From positions 3,360,001-3,424,000 of the forward strand of contig CAXXKJ010000002.1 of the NCBI GenBank assembly GCA_963675295.2: a stretch of DNA of 64,000 bases. The letters are read 5' to 3'. The notes under the pieces are model-generated. The model worked only from the letters and a program-made list of their open reading frames with translations, ran no database searches and had not been told where the DNA came from. A program made the translations under genes and the position numbers. This stretch comes from a bacterium. GTDB lineage: Bacteria; Electryoneota; Electryoneia; Electryoneales; Electryoneaceae. Positions 8,254-17,627 of this stretch are shown one piece after another; within the stretch, counting starts at the first letter, position 1; each line of letters opens with the position of its first letter.

Positions 8254-11013
8254 TCAACGGTTCATTGGCACTCGAACGAGTCGAAATCCCAAGTAGAATT
8301 TCTTTTCTGAAGGATCCTCAAATCGACGACTCGCTGATCGACAAGAACTTGCCATAAATGCCCAATACCCACCGCGTGTAGATCGATATTTGCCACTGAT
8401 GGATCCACGTGGATTCGATACCGGGCTTGATTTGTAGTATTGATCGCTGTAGTAGTCCTGGCACCATTCTTGAACGTTTCCATGCATGTCGTACAACCCC
8501 CATTTGTTGGGAAGTTTGCTCGCTATTGCATGTGTAGTGCCTTGGCTATTGCTGTTATACCATGCATATGCAGGTAACCTGGAATAATCTAGGTCATCGC
8601 CCCAGCTGAAGCGGCTTCCATCTTCTCCAGCCCGGCAAGCATACTCCCATTCCGCCTCTGTCGGTAGGCGATAGGTATAGCTTGGATCATATTTGTTGAG
8701 TTCTTGAATGAATTCCTGAACATCATACCATGATACTTTTTCTACAGGCAGTCTATTTCCTTTGAAATGAGATGGATTATTCCTCATTAGAGTAGCCCAC
8801 GTTTCTTGTGTGACTTCTGTGGACATAATTTCAAATGATGAAACATGCACTTGATGTCGAGGATATTCATCGTATTTTGAATCCTTTTCATTGGCTAATG
8901 CTCCCATCGTGAAGTTTCCTTCGGGAATCTGGATAAAGGTTATTCCTAGCTTGGGCATACGTATTTTTGATGGAACACGAATTTCTTCTGGTAAATTTCG
9001 TTCTGTCTTATCCTCGTGTTTCGACGTGAGGTCCGCAGTTTTGGATTCGATCGAAACACGAGCAACCCGGAATCCCCATAGTACTGCGCTAAAGCTGGGA
9101 TAACTTGCGTATCGAACACTAGGTGAACATGCCTCTCTCGTACTTGTCCAATTCCCACCCCTTACAACTCTATATAGACCATTCAGAGGACCACTTGGAT
9201 CAATCTCATTACCTTTGGAATAATAATCTACGTCATACCAGTCATGGACCCACTCCCCAACATTTCCATGCATATCATATAGACCCCACGGATTAGAGGG
9301 TTTTATTGAAACAGCGTGTGTACCTATTGAATTACTATTATCGTAATACCATTCATAGTAGCTTAAATCATTTCCTGCTGCGTCGTTTCCCCACCAGAAT
9401 ATGGATTCTGCATTACCAGTTCTGCACGCATATTCCCATTCAGCCTCAGTAGGAAGACGATAATGCATCTGCGGATCACGAATATTGAGCCAGTCGATAA
9501 ATGCTATTACATCATTCCAGCTTACACAGACGACTGGGTATTGATCGGATTGAAGAAATCCTGGATGATTCCAATTCACTTCTGAATCGATTGCCCATTC
9601 TGTGCCATTCCATGCATAGGAACCAGAATTCTTCTCAGCGTCAGTATCATAACCAGTTGCATCAACAAACTCACCGAATTGGGATACTGTTACTTCTGTC
9701 GACATTAGCTCAAAGGCTGAGACTGTTACCTTATGACGCGGATACGAATCTCTTTTTAGCCCAGTCTCAATGGGCAATGCACCCATTATGTAGCTACCAG
9801 CTGGGATCTGAACGAAAGTCATACCAGCAATTGGTCCTCGCGAACTGGAATCAGTTTCTAGTTCAATTGATTTATCATTGTCTTCGTTTATTATTTCTCT
9901 AGAATTAATATCACTGCTTAGATTGCCATTATAGTTGTGTATAACCATAATTATAAAAAACACTCCAATTATTGCAATAATGAAAAGAAATGTCTTGACT
10001 CTTTTTTCCGATTCTTGCTGAGATTCGATTTCCTTTTTCCTTTGATTCTCTTCTAGCTGTCGAACTTTTTCTTGCCTGCGTTTTTCCTCTTCCTCATACT
10101 GTTTTTTCGAATGTTCCATCTGTTTCTCGTACTCTTCCTGTTCCCTCCTCTCTTCTTCAGCAGCCTCCATTTCCACTTGGTTGGTAAGACGATCTATTTC
10201 CTTAAGCTCATCTACACTTTTTAGAGATACTTTAAATGAAGCACAGTCTAGAAGACGTTTTTTCAAATCTCGCTCAAGGGCAGAGAATACTACTTTCACA
10301 ACTGGTTCAGGGATATATGGGTAATATTCTCGTGGGTCCGGGATTGTATCCTCAAGACATGCCTTCATAAATGCGAATTCAGAAGTTTCTTCTTCGTTAA
10401 ATGGTGTCCAGCCTGCCAGCATGACGTATAGCGTCATTCCCAGGGAATAGATGTCTGTCTGGTGATTAATCGGTTTCCCAAGAATCTGCTCAGGCGCCAT
10501 GTAGAGCGGTGTGCCTAACATTGTACCAGTTTTAGTCAGTTTCGACTGGCCTGCGGCTTTGGCGATACCAAAATCCGTAACCTTGACGATATTATCTTTC
10601 GATACCAGGATGTTTGATGGTTTCAGATCTCGATGAATCACTCCCTTGTCATGGGCAAAACCCACAGCAGCCAAGATTTGTTCGAATAGTGGCAGGGCTC
10701 TTTCATAGGGGATCGGTCCCATCTCGCGCCCGATCATCTGTTCCAGAGTCCGGCCTTCTACATATTCCATTACGAGAGCCGAACCACCTTCAAACTGGAT
10801 GTAATCGTGGATCTTTACGATGTTCGGATGGTCAAGCTGGGCAAGGGTTTGAGCCTCACGCTCCATTCGATAGCGTAAGTCAGTATTTCGAGTGTAGAGA
10901 TCGAGCATCACCTTTAGAGCATACCGACGTTTCAGCACCTCATGCTCTGCAAGGTAAACGATTCCCATTCCACCGCGACCTAACTCTTCTAAGATCTTGT
11001 AGCCAGGTACCAA
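8254..11013 (-). CDS. Ser/Thr protein kinase - coiled coil - TM - two FGE-sulfatase domains
   Basis: Kinase motifs; E/K/Q-rich coil; TM FLFIIAIIGVFFIIMVI; two LPTEAEWEYACR / WGLYDMHGNV.EW / GFR sets; GGAGGG upstream of the TTG start. Confidence 0.92.
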   Translation of the reverse strand: MVPGYKILEELGRGGMGIVYLAEHEVLKRRYALKVMLDLYTRNTDLRYRMEREAQTLAQLDHPNIVKIHDYIQFEGGSALVMEYVEGRTLEQMIGREMGPIPYERALPLFEQILAAVGFAHDKGVIHRDLKPSNILVSKDNIVKVTDFGIAKAAGQSKLTKTGTMLGTPLYMAPEQILGKPINHQTDIYSLGMTLYVMLAGWTPFNEEETSEFAFMKACLEDTIPDPREYYPYIPEPVVKVVFSALERDLKKRLLDCASFKVSLKSVDELKEIDRLTNQVEMEAAEEERREQEEYEKQMEHSKKQYEEEEKRRQEKVRQLEENQRKKEIESQQESEKRVKTFLFIIAIIGVFFIIMVIHNYNGNLSSDINSREIINEDNDKSIELETDSSSRGPIAGMTFVQIPAGSYIMGALPIETGLKRDSYPRHKVTVSAFELMSTEVTVSQFGEFVDATGYDTDAEKNSGSYAWNGTEWAIDSEVNWNHPGFLQSDQYPVVCVSWNDVIAFIDWLNIRDPQMHYRLPTEAEWEYACRTGNAESIFWWGNDAAGNDLSYYEWYYDNSNSIGTHAVSIKPSNPWGLYDMHGNVGEWVHDWYDVDYYSKGNEIDPSGPLNGLYRVVRGGNWTSTREACSPSVRYASYPSFSAVLWGFRVARVSIESKTADLTSKHEDKTERNLPEEIRVPSKIRMPKLGITFIQIPEGNFTMGALANEKDSKYDEYPRHQVHVSSFEIMSTEVTQETWATLMRNNPSHFKGNRLPVEKVSWYDVQEFIQELNKYDPSYTYRLPTEAEWEYACRAGEDGSRFSWGDDLDYSRLPAYAWYNSNSQGTTHAIASKLPNKWGLYDMHGNVQEWCQDYYSDQYYKSSPVSNPRGSISGKYRSTRGGYWAFMASSCRSASRRFEDPSEKKFYLGFRLVRVPMNR

Positions 11014-11077
11014 GTATCCAGACCCTCCAATTGATTGGACAAATCTATACTCAAGTTATTTCAAAGTTGCACAAGCT

Positions 11078-12187
11078 CTACCATAGAGATAAGAAAAAAA
11101 CGGGGACAGCGAACATTGCAATAATCGATACTACTATTGCTATTGCTAAAACAAGAGAAGTAAAGCTTTCACCAGAAGATGATTTCTCAAGCACGACATC
11201 GTATTCCTCACTTAAACCATGTTTTACATCTGACTTATTTTCAATCGATCCATAAGACGTGGTAATATATTCATTATCTTTATTTTCATTATTTATATCA
11301 TTTTTATTTAATATACTAACATTATACTCTTCATTCATTATAATATTATCATTCTTTTGCGTCTGGTATATTGCATAAATTATATCTATACATTTATTAT
11401 ATCTTAGCTTTATCGATCTTTCAAGTGCTTTATTGATTGCATGAATAAGATGATCCGGGATGTATGGATAAAACGTCCTTGGATCGGGAATCTCATCTTC
11501 CATGCAGGATTTCAATAGTACAAACTCCGATGTTTCATCTTCATCAAACGGCGCGCGTCCAGCCAGCATCACGTACAACGTCATTCCCAAGGCATAAATG
11601 TCCGCTCTGTGGTCCACAGCTTTACCGAGGATCTGTTCCGGCGCCATGTAAATGGGTGTTCCGAGGACAGTCCCTGTGCGCGTAAGCTTGGATGCTCCCG
11701 CCGCCTTGGCAATTCCGAAGTCCGTCACCTTGATCCGATTGTCTTTCGTGACCAGCACATTCGCTGGCTTCAGGTCACGGTGAATGATGCCTTGCTCATG
11801 CGCATACCCAACCGCATCCAACAATTGACGAAACAGGGGCAATGCCCGTTCGTGCGGAATTGGACCAACCTCGCGCCCAATCATTTGCTCGAGGCTGCGA
11901 CCATCAACGTACTCCATCACGAACGCGACATCATCCTCACGCTCAATCAGGTCGTGCACCTTGACTATGTTGGGATGATCCATTGTTGCCATCATGCGGG
12001 CTTCACGCAGAAATCTCTCGCGTACCGCTTCATCGCGGGCATGCTGTTCAAGAATAACTTTGATGGCTACTTGCCGATGTAGTCCCTTGTGATTTCCAAG
12101 GTAGACCACACCCATCCCGCCACGACCAATTTCTCGTTCGACCGTGTAGTTGGCAAACTCAGGTAGTCTTGTCGATGCAGGACTCAT
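11078..12187 (-). CDS. Ser/Thr protein kinase with C-terminal TM anchor
   Basis: Kinase motifs; N-rich linker; hydrophobic C-terminus. Confidence 0.92.
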   Translation of the reverse strand: MSPASTRLPEFANYTVEREIGRGGMGVVYLGNHKGLHRQVAIKVILEQHARDEAVRERFLREARMMATMDHPNIVKVHDLIEREDDVAFVMEYVDGRSLEQMIGREVGPIPHERALPLFRQLLDAVGYAHEQGIIHRDLKPANVLVTKDNRIKVTDFGIAKAAGASKLTRTGTVLGTPIYMAPEQILGKAVDHRADIYALGMTLYVMLAGRAPFDEDETSEFVLLKSCMEDEIPDPRTFYPYIPDHLIHAINKALERSIKLRYNKCIDIIYAIYQTQKNDNIIMNEEYNVSILNKNDINNENKDNEYITTSYGSIENKSDVKHGLSEEYDVVLEKSSSGESFTSLVLAIAIVVSIIAMFAVPVFFLSLW

Positions 12188-13323
12188 TCTTCAGACACGC
12201 TCTCTCTTCCGGGCTCAGATTCGGAGATTAAAGATGAACGACCAGAGTCTACTATGGTAACGCTCACTGCAATTAATGGTGGATGGAACATGGTATCTTT
12301 AGGAAATGCTTGGTCAATACTCTGTCGCGGATCGATTTCTTCAACAGTCAGGTCATGGGTGGGTTGCGAAAAAAAGGATCTGAGGAATTTCCCGGGAACT
12401 GTGTTAAGTAAAAGTAATGCTGCGACTACTGCCGCCAGGAGAATGATCACGGTACCGCCGTATAAAGCCACCCTGGGCAAGTGTTTGACTGGGGGTACAT
12501 CTATTTGTCGCGTTTGACGGTCTGCTCCATCCGATCGGAGCAAAGGTTTTCGTGGCTTCGGACCAATATGGCAGTCAACAATTTGCACGGTGGCGTTGTC
12601 GTCTCCACTTCGCTCATTCGCAAGTTTTACCAATCTTTCAGCCAGCACCTGAGGTGTTTGATCGATAGATTGCTGTTCCATATCGATTGCAGGAATTGGA
12701 CCAGAGATCCCATCCGTACACAGGATGAAGCGGTCGCCTTTGCAAACATCTACAGTTTCAATCTCGGGTTCAATTTCCTCGCGTACACCCAACGCCCGGG
12801 TAATCACATTTTTCTGTGGATGGTCTTCTGCTTCCTTCTCTGTGATCAATCCCCGGCGTTGCATCTCGCTAACCATGGAATGATCCTGGGTCAGCTGTTC
12901 GATATGATCCAATCGAATTCGATATAGCCGGCTGTCGCCAATGTGTACACGCCAGGCGGTGGGCTTTTTTGTTGTACTTACGAGGAGCAGGACACACGTT
13001 GTGCCCATTCCTTCCAGTTCGGAGTTCTGATCAATTTCCTGTCGGATAGCGCGGTTCGCACTTGCAAGTGCCCGCTTCAGTACTTTGGGGGCGTTCCTAT
13101 CGACAGATTCCGTGACAACTTTGGCAATTGTCTCCACGGCCAGTCGGCTGGCACGTTTACCACCAACATGCCCACCCATGCCATCACATACGATGAAAAG
13201 TGAACCCAATTCCGTTTCAAAAAAGCCATAGTAGTCTTCATTTTCGCTACGAACGGTCCCCACATCGGTAAAATTCCCGAACTCAATCGGCGACCGTTTA
13301 CCGAACGTTAGCAGCGGGATCAT
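12184..13323 (-). CDS. PP2C-family (PrpC/Stp1-like) Ser/Thr phosphatase with TM helix
   Basis: RSENED, VCDGMGGH, GMGTT, HIGDSRLY, NVITRALG, LCTDG, DDNAT. Confidence 0.93.
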   Translation of the reverse strand: MIPLLTFGKRSPIEFGNFTDVGTVRSENEDYYGFFETELGSLFIVCDGMGGHVGGKRASRLAVETIAKVVTESVDRNAPKVLKRALASANRAIRQEIDQNSELEGMGTTCVLLLVSTTKKPTAWRVHIGDSRLYRIRLDHIEQLTQDHSMVSEMQRRGLITEKEAEDHPQKNVITRALGVREEIEPEIETVDVCKGDRFILCTDGISGPIPAIDMEQQSIDQTPQVLAERLVKLANERSGDDNATVQIVDCHIGPKPRKPLLRSDGADRQTRQIDVPPVKHLPRVALYGGTVIILLAAVVAALLLLNTVPGKFLRSFFSQPTHDLTVEEIDPRQSIDQAFPKDTMFHPPLIAVSVTIVDSGRSSLISESEPGRESVSEE

Positions 13324-14924
13324 TCTTGCACCCCTTGGAACTGAAGTTCACAGCGTCCCATCTGAATGCGGTCACCATTGTTCAGCAGGACGGTATGAAT
13401 TTGTTCTCCGTTCACTCTTGTGCCGTTTGTAGAATCGTTGTCTGTCAGTTGGAACTGCCCACCGACAAATCGCAGTGTAGCGTGATGTCCAGAAACCGTC
13501 GGTTCCTCAAGCACAATGCGATTGTCGTCCGCAGCCCCGATCGTCACTTCCGCAGCGGTCACATCAAACTCAGATCCCGCCTGCGAGCCGCTGCTGATGA
13601 GAAAGCTTCCACTTTTATATACCTGTAAGGCCGGTTGGCCAATGATCGTTTTCCGTGACATCGATTGCGCGGGAGCCTGACCTGCAACCGAAGTGTGAGA
13701 TGGGATTCCCGTGTCGCGGCTTGATCCTGCTTCAACTTGATCGGACTCGGGAACAGGTTCAGCTTTCAACTTGGCAGCTTCCGCTTCCTGCTGTTTTCGT
13801 TTTTCTTCCAGCCGATGCTCCTCTTCCTGGCGTCGGCGCTCTTCTTCAAGCAATCTTTGTTCTTCTTCCCGGCGTTTCGCCCGATTCCGGGAGCTGACTA
13901 GAGCAATGACTACAACGACAATAACCACAACAGCACCGCCAGCGGCGACAGGAATGAAGGGGAATTCAGAATCGCTCCTTCCTCCGTGTCCGTCATCCGC
14001 TGTCACACGCGTTGAAACTGCCATGGATAGTACTGTCTGACCTGCAAAATTGCCCCGACTGGCAGCAATTGTGTAGCTGTGGGACCGGCCATCTGCCAAC
14101 TCGGACGGCGGATTGAAGGATAGCAAATATTGGCTCTTCAGGTAATCCAGCGAAAGTACAAACTGTTCGCTAAGATCTTCGGATTCACGCGCGCGGTGAT
14201 ATTGTCCATTTGTACGGTCACTCATCGCCTCCAGATTCCGCAAGAATCGTTCATCGATGTTTGTAAATCCTACCGTAAAAATCGGAACATCATTTTCGTT
14301 CGCTTTTTCAATGCAATTATCCAGGGAGTAAGCATTCGCCATACTTTCGTTCTTTCCATCTGAAAGCACCAGAACTAGCCGTCGATCAGGAATTCCTGTG
14401 CTTTCATCAAGGAAGGTGAGACTTCGGTAAACTCCATAAAACAACTCTGTGGTCGCACCTCTGGCCTGGATGGTCCCCGTTCGCTCTTTCAAATACGAAC
14501 GGTTCATGGAAAAGTCGGATACGATTTCCACCTCATCGCCAAAGGTGATAATGGCTACCCGGTCCTGGGGACGTAGCTGATCGATGTATTCATTCACTGC
14601 TTCTTTAGCATCTGCCATTGGATCTCCGGACATGGACAGAGATGCATCAAGGCAAAGGACAACCGCTACACCCTGGTCGGACTCATAGAAGGACTGCACG
14701 CGCGGTGAAATCGATGAATACCCTTCCGGGATCACATTGAAATGTGTCGAATCCAATCCCAGCACTCCCTCTCGGTTCGCATCGAGGACCGTTACCGCAG
14801 CAATCACAGCCGAGGTATGGGTTGAATCGATCTCGTCCAGTCTGACAGTCCAAGGCTCGACCGCGTTGGCAGTAGTAGCTAGGAACAGGATCATCATGAT
14901 CATCGCAAGATGATTGCTTTTCAT
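13320..14924 (-). CDS. Signal peptide - VWA - TM - coiled coil - FHA protein
   Basis: MIDAS DASLS and LSDG; TM VVVIVVVVIALV; FHA VSGHHA..DNDSTNGTRVNG. Confidence 0.88.
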   Translation of the reverse strand: MKSNHLAMIMMILFLATTANAVEPWTVRLDEIDSTHTSAVIAAVTVLDANREGVLGLDSTHFNVIPEGYSSISPRVQSFYESDQGVAVVLCLDASLSMSGDPMADAKEAVNEYIDQLRPQDRVAIITFGDEVEIVSDFSMNRSYLKERTGTIQARGATTELFYGVYRSLTFLDESTGIPDRRLVLVLSDGKNESMANAYSLDNCIEKANENDVPIFTVGFTNIDERFLRNLEAMSDRTNGQYHRARESEDLSEQFVLSLDYLKSQYLLSFNPPSELADGRSHSYTIAASRGNFAGQTVLSMAVSTRVTADDGHGGRSDSEFPFIPVAAGGAVVVIVVVVIALVSSRNRAKRREEEQRLLEEERRRQEEEHRLEEKRKQQEAEAAKLKAEPVPESDQVEAGSSRDTGIPSHTSVAGQAPAQSMSRKTIIGQPALQVYKSGSFLISSGSQAGSEFDVTAAEVTIGAADDNRIVLEEPTVSGHHATLRFVGGQFQLTDNDSTNGTRVNGEQIHTVLLNNGDRIQMGRCELQFQGVQE

Positions 14925-15550
14925 GACGCCTCCACTGTGTCGATAAGACGTAATTTCAAGTGTGTCCGGCCGATCAAGATGTTGTCGCCGTCTTGCAACA
15001 CACGTGGGACATCTCCTACGTCTTCACCATTTACAAACGTACCGTTTGTCGAGAAGTTGTCACGCAGTTTTAAGACACCTCCTCGGTACAACAATTCAGC
15101 ATGAAAGCCCGAGACCATACCGTCTGGCAGCTGGATTTCCACGTCATTACCACTGCCGATACGAGTTTTCCCAACATGTAGCCGGTAGTCTTGGCCATTC
15201 GGATTCCAGTCAAAGCTCACCAACCAGCCGATCAACTTTCCTTGAACGCCCGCCTTCGCAGCACCGCGTTGTTCCTCGGAAGCACCTGCAGGTTCTGGTT
15301 CGAGAATAACCGTCTTTCTGGCACCACCACTACCACCAGGTCTTGCTGTCTTCTCGACCGGCGCATCGAGCACGGTCTTTCGCTGCCCCGTTGGTTTATC
15401 GGCTTGTGGCCCCTTTGACTTGTCGGGTGTGTGCTTCACCGGTTTATCAAGAACCGTTTTGGCGGACGGATCGGTTTTAGGACAAAACGGGCATTCATCA
15501 AGATCTGCACGGTATCGATGTCCGTTCGGGCAAACTTTTGTTGCTTCCAT
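14921..15550 (-). CDS. Zn-ribbon + FHA domain protein
   Basis: CPNGH..CPFC; GWLV motif; VSGFHA..DNFSTNGTFVNG. Confidence 0.85.
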   Translation of the reverse strand: MEATKVCPNGHRYRADLDECPFCPKTDPSAKTVLDKPVKHTPDKSKGPQADKPTGQRKTVLDAPVEKTARPGGSGGARKTVILEPEPAGASEEQRGAAKAGVQGKLIGWLVSFDWNPNGQDYRLHVGKTRIGSGNDVEIQLPDGMVSGFHAELLYRGGVLKLRDNFSTNGTFVNGEDVGDVPRVLQDGDNILIGRTHLKLRLIDTVEAS

Positions 15551-15568
15551 CAGCCAGCCACCCTTGCT

Positions 15569-16966
15569 TTAAGTTTTAAACTCTTTACCGTAGGTGTTAC
15601 GTACACGCTTTGATTTCTTGAAATATAACCACCAAATAGTAAAATATATGATTGCATGAAAAATTGATTTTATAGTCTCAAACTGATATTCATGAAAAAT
15701 ATTACTTGATCCTGATGTTATTATTAAAGTAAGTAAATCACTACTGACCCATAATATTAAATTTCCCTTTAAAAAGGTACGTGCAGTAGATCTGCCAGTT
15801 TGTTTTCCCCTCCAAACAATAATTCCTGTAAAGAATCCCCAAATATTCAATATTAACGTGGATAATATATCTATTGACATAACGATATCTAATAGAGGGT
15901 CGATGTCAAACAAATCACCGTAGATAGAAATTGACCATAACGTTGCAATTGGAGTTAAAATTGTTAATGAAACACAAAAGAGTAGCAACCAACCACCCAC
16001 ACCGCGAGGATTGTTATCTTCTTCAATTGATGAATTTTCGGTAGTATCGTTAGTTAAGGAATCCACTTCAGGTGGTCTATTCATTTGACTCGAATCGTGA
16101 TGATCTGATTCATATCGAGTAGATGGACGCACGAAATCAACCTGACCGTTTAGAAAACTCTTGAATTGACTAGAAGAGGCAAACCGTAGTCCCGGATCCT
16201 TTTCCGTTGCCAATCGAATCGCATCGACTACTTGGTCGGGAATGTGAGGGTAATACTCTCTTGGATCAGGTAGATCGTGCTTCACGATCCAATCCATGAT
16301 CTTGTATTCGCTGGAAGTTGTCGCGTCGAACGGCACGCGACCGGTAACCATCTCGTATAGGGTTATCCCGAGCGAATAAATGTCGCTCCGTTCTGTCGCC
16401 TCAATTCCTTTCACCTGCTCCGGCGACATGTACCAAAGTGTTCCAAGCTTGGTCCCGGTCCGGGTCAGCCCTTGCTGCCCGATGATTTTTGCGATGCCCA
16501 GGTCGGTAACCTTTACAACGTCACTAGGTGTGACAATGGCATTGGAAGGCTTTATGTCTCGGTGAATTATACCGCGGGAATGTAGGTAATCGAAGGCGTC
16601 AAGAAGCTGGAAAAAGATCGGCAGGGCACGTTCGGATACAATCGGTCCAACTTCGCGACCGATAATTTGATCGAGGCTGCGCCCCTCGATGAATTCCATC
16701 ACCAGCGCAAGACGATCTTCCGTTTCGATGTAATCAAGGAGTGTGACGATGTTGGGATGACTGAGTGAGGCTTGTAGTCGGGCTTCGCGGGAAAAGCGTT
16801 CCCGCAATTGAGGATCTCGACTGTGATGTTCGTGGAGGATTTTTACTGCGACGGTCCGATCAAGCCGAGTGTCAGTCGCTCTCCAGACAACTCCCATCCC
16901 GCCTTCGCCGATGATCTCATGTAACTCATAGTGCAGCAAGCGCACCGCAACCTCCCTGGCATCCAC
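15569..16966 (-). CDS. Ser/Thr protein kinase with multi-TM DUF2569-like C-terminal domain
   Basis: GEGGMG, HRDIKPSN, DLG, YMSPE; tail GVGGWLLLF...WWLYFKKSKRVRNTY. Confidence 0.88.
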   Translation of the reverse strand: MDAREVAVRLLHYELHEIIGEGGMGVVWRATDTRLDRTVAVKILHEHHSRDPQLRERFSREARLQASLSHPNIVTLLDYIETEDRLALVMEFIEGRSLDQIIGREVGPIVSERALPIFFQLLDAFDYLHSRGIIHRDIKPSNAIVTPSDVVKVTDLGIAKIIGQQGLTRTGTKLGTLWYMSPEQVKGIEATERSDIYSLGITLYEMVTGRVPFDATTSSEYKIMDWIVKHDLPDPREYYPHIPDQVVDAIRLATEKDPGLRFASSSQFKSFLNGQVDFVRPSTRYESDHHDSSQMNRPPEVDSLTNDTTENSSIEEDNNPRGVGGWLLLFCVSLTILTPIATLWSISIYGDLFDIDPLLDIVMSIDILSTLILNIWGFFTGIIVWRGKQTGRSTARTFLKGNLILWVSSDLLTLIITSGSSNIFHEYQFETIKSIFHAIIYFTIWWLYFKKSKRVRNTYGKEFKT

Positions 16967-17414
16967 CGCGCACCTGAAATATTGTATCTGAACATCATGA
17001 TGCTAGTTATTAGAACAATGTATAAGTCCTGTTTTAAAATCCCCTTGTAGATAGATCGAGGTCAAAAGATGCGAACAAGGTAAGGCTTACGGTTGAGGAG
17101 TGTCAAACTCTTGTAGAGTAGTAGAAAACTAGAATCTCGATGATTCTTCGAGAATGTCAGTTCTCCGATATCCAAAAATCATTAAATAATGCATCTATTC
17201 CAGTTGAGCTCATTCTAGTTCAGACACCGATGAGGTTTATGCAGCGAACGAATACAATAACTTACCTTGCCTCATATAATCTGCGCTGCGGTCAAACAAC
17301 CTCCATACCCCACTATCGGATAGTCTGAATGGGTCCCTTTCGGTTTGTCGAGCACCTACTGACACGAGTAACGACCCTTGGTCGCTCAAACCAAGGGTTA
17401 TTAGTGATTCCAAT

Positions 17415-17435
17415 GGCACACTCACGGCACACTCA
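17415..17435. repeat. Tandem 10-bp direct repeat GGCACACTCA x2, candidate integrase arm-binding site
   Basis: ggcacactca-c-ggcacactca, about 110 bp from the tRNA fragment. Confidence 0.45.
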
Positions 17436-17542
17436 GGGCAACAAACAGCAACAAATCCCAAACAACCAAAGCGATTCACTTTGCAGAAACCATTGAATCC
17501 ATTACTGTTATGAATTGTGGCTTGTTGTGAATTTGGCCTTTA

Positions 17543-17589
17543 TGGGACTTTTAAGCCCAAGGCCGTGGGTTCGAGTCCCACCATCCTCA
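17543..17589 (+). pseudogene. 3' half of tRNA-Lys(UUU), probable att site
   Basis: tggga-CTTTTAA-gccca anticodon arm, gtggg-TTCGAGT-cccac T arm, acceptor 3' strand catcctc-a; no matching 5' strand or D arm upstream. Confidence 0.78.
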
Positions 17590-17596
17590 CAAGGAT

Positions 17597-17627
17597 ACGG
17601 CCATCCGTGATCACGGATGGCCGTTTG
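17597..17627 (+). terminator. Hairpin after the tRNA fragment
   Basis: Perfect 28-bp palindrome acggccatccgtgatcacggatggccgt followed by ttg. Confidence 0.65.

Noticed and set aside
17140-17479. Small ORFs or integrase remnant
   Set aside because: No recognisable motifs; likely non-coding island end.
5175-17500. Complete diversity-generating retroelement
   Set aside because: No reverse transcriptase, Avd or template repeat matching the FGE 3' ends is visible.
17500-17590. Intact tRNA-Lys
   Set aside because: The 5' acceptor strand and D arm are absent.
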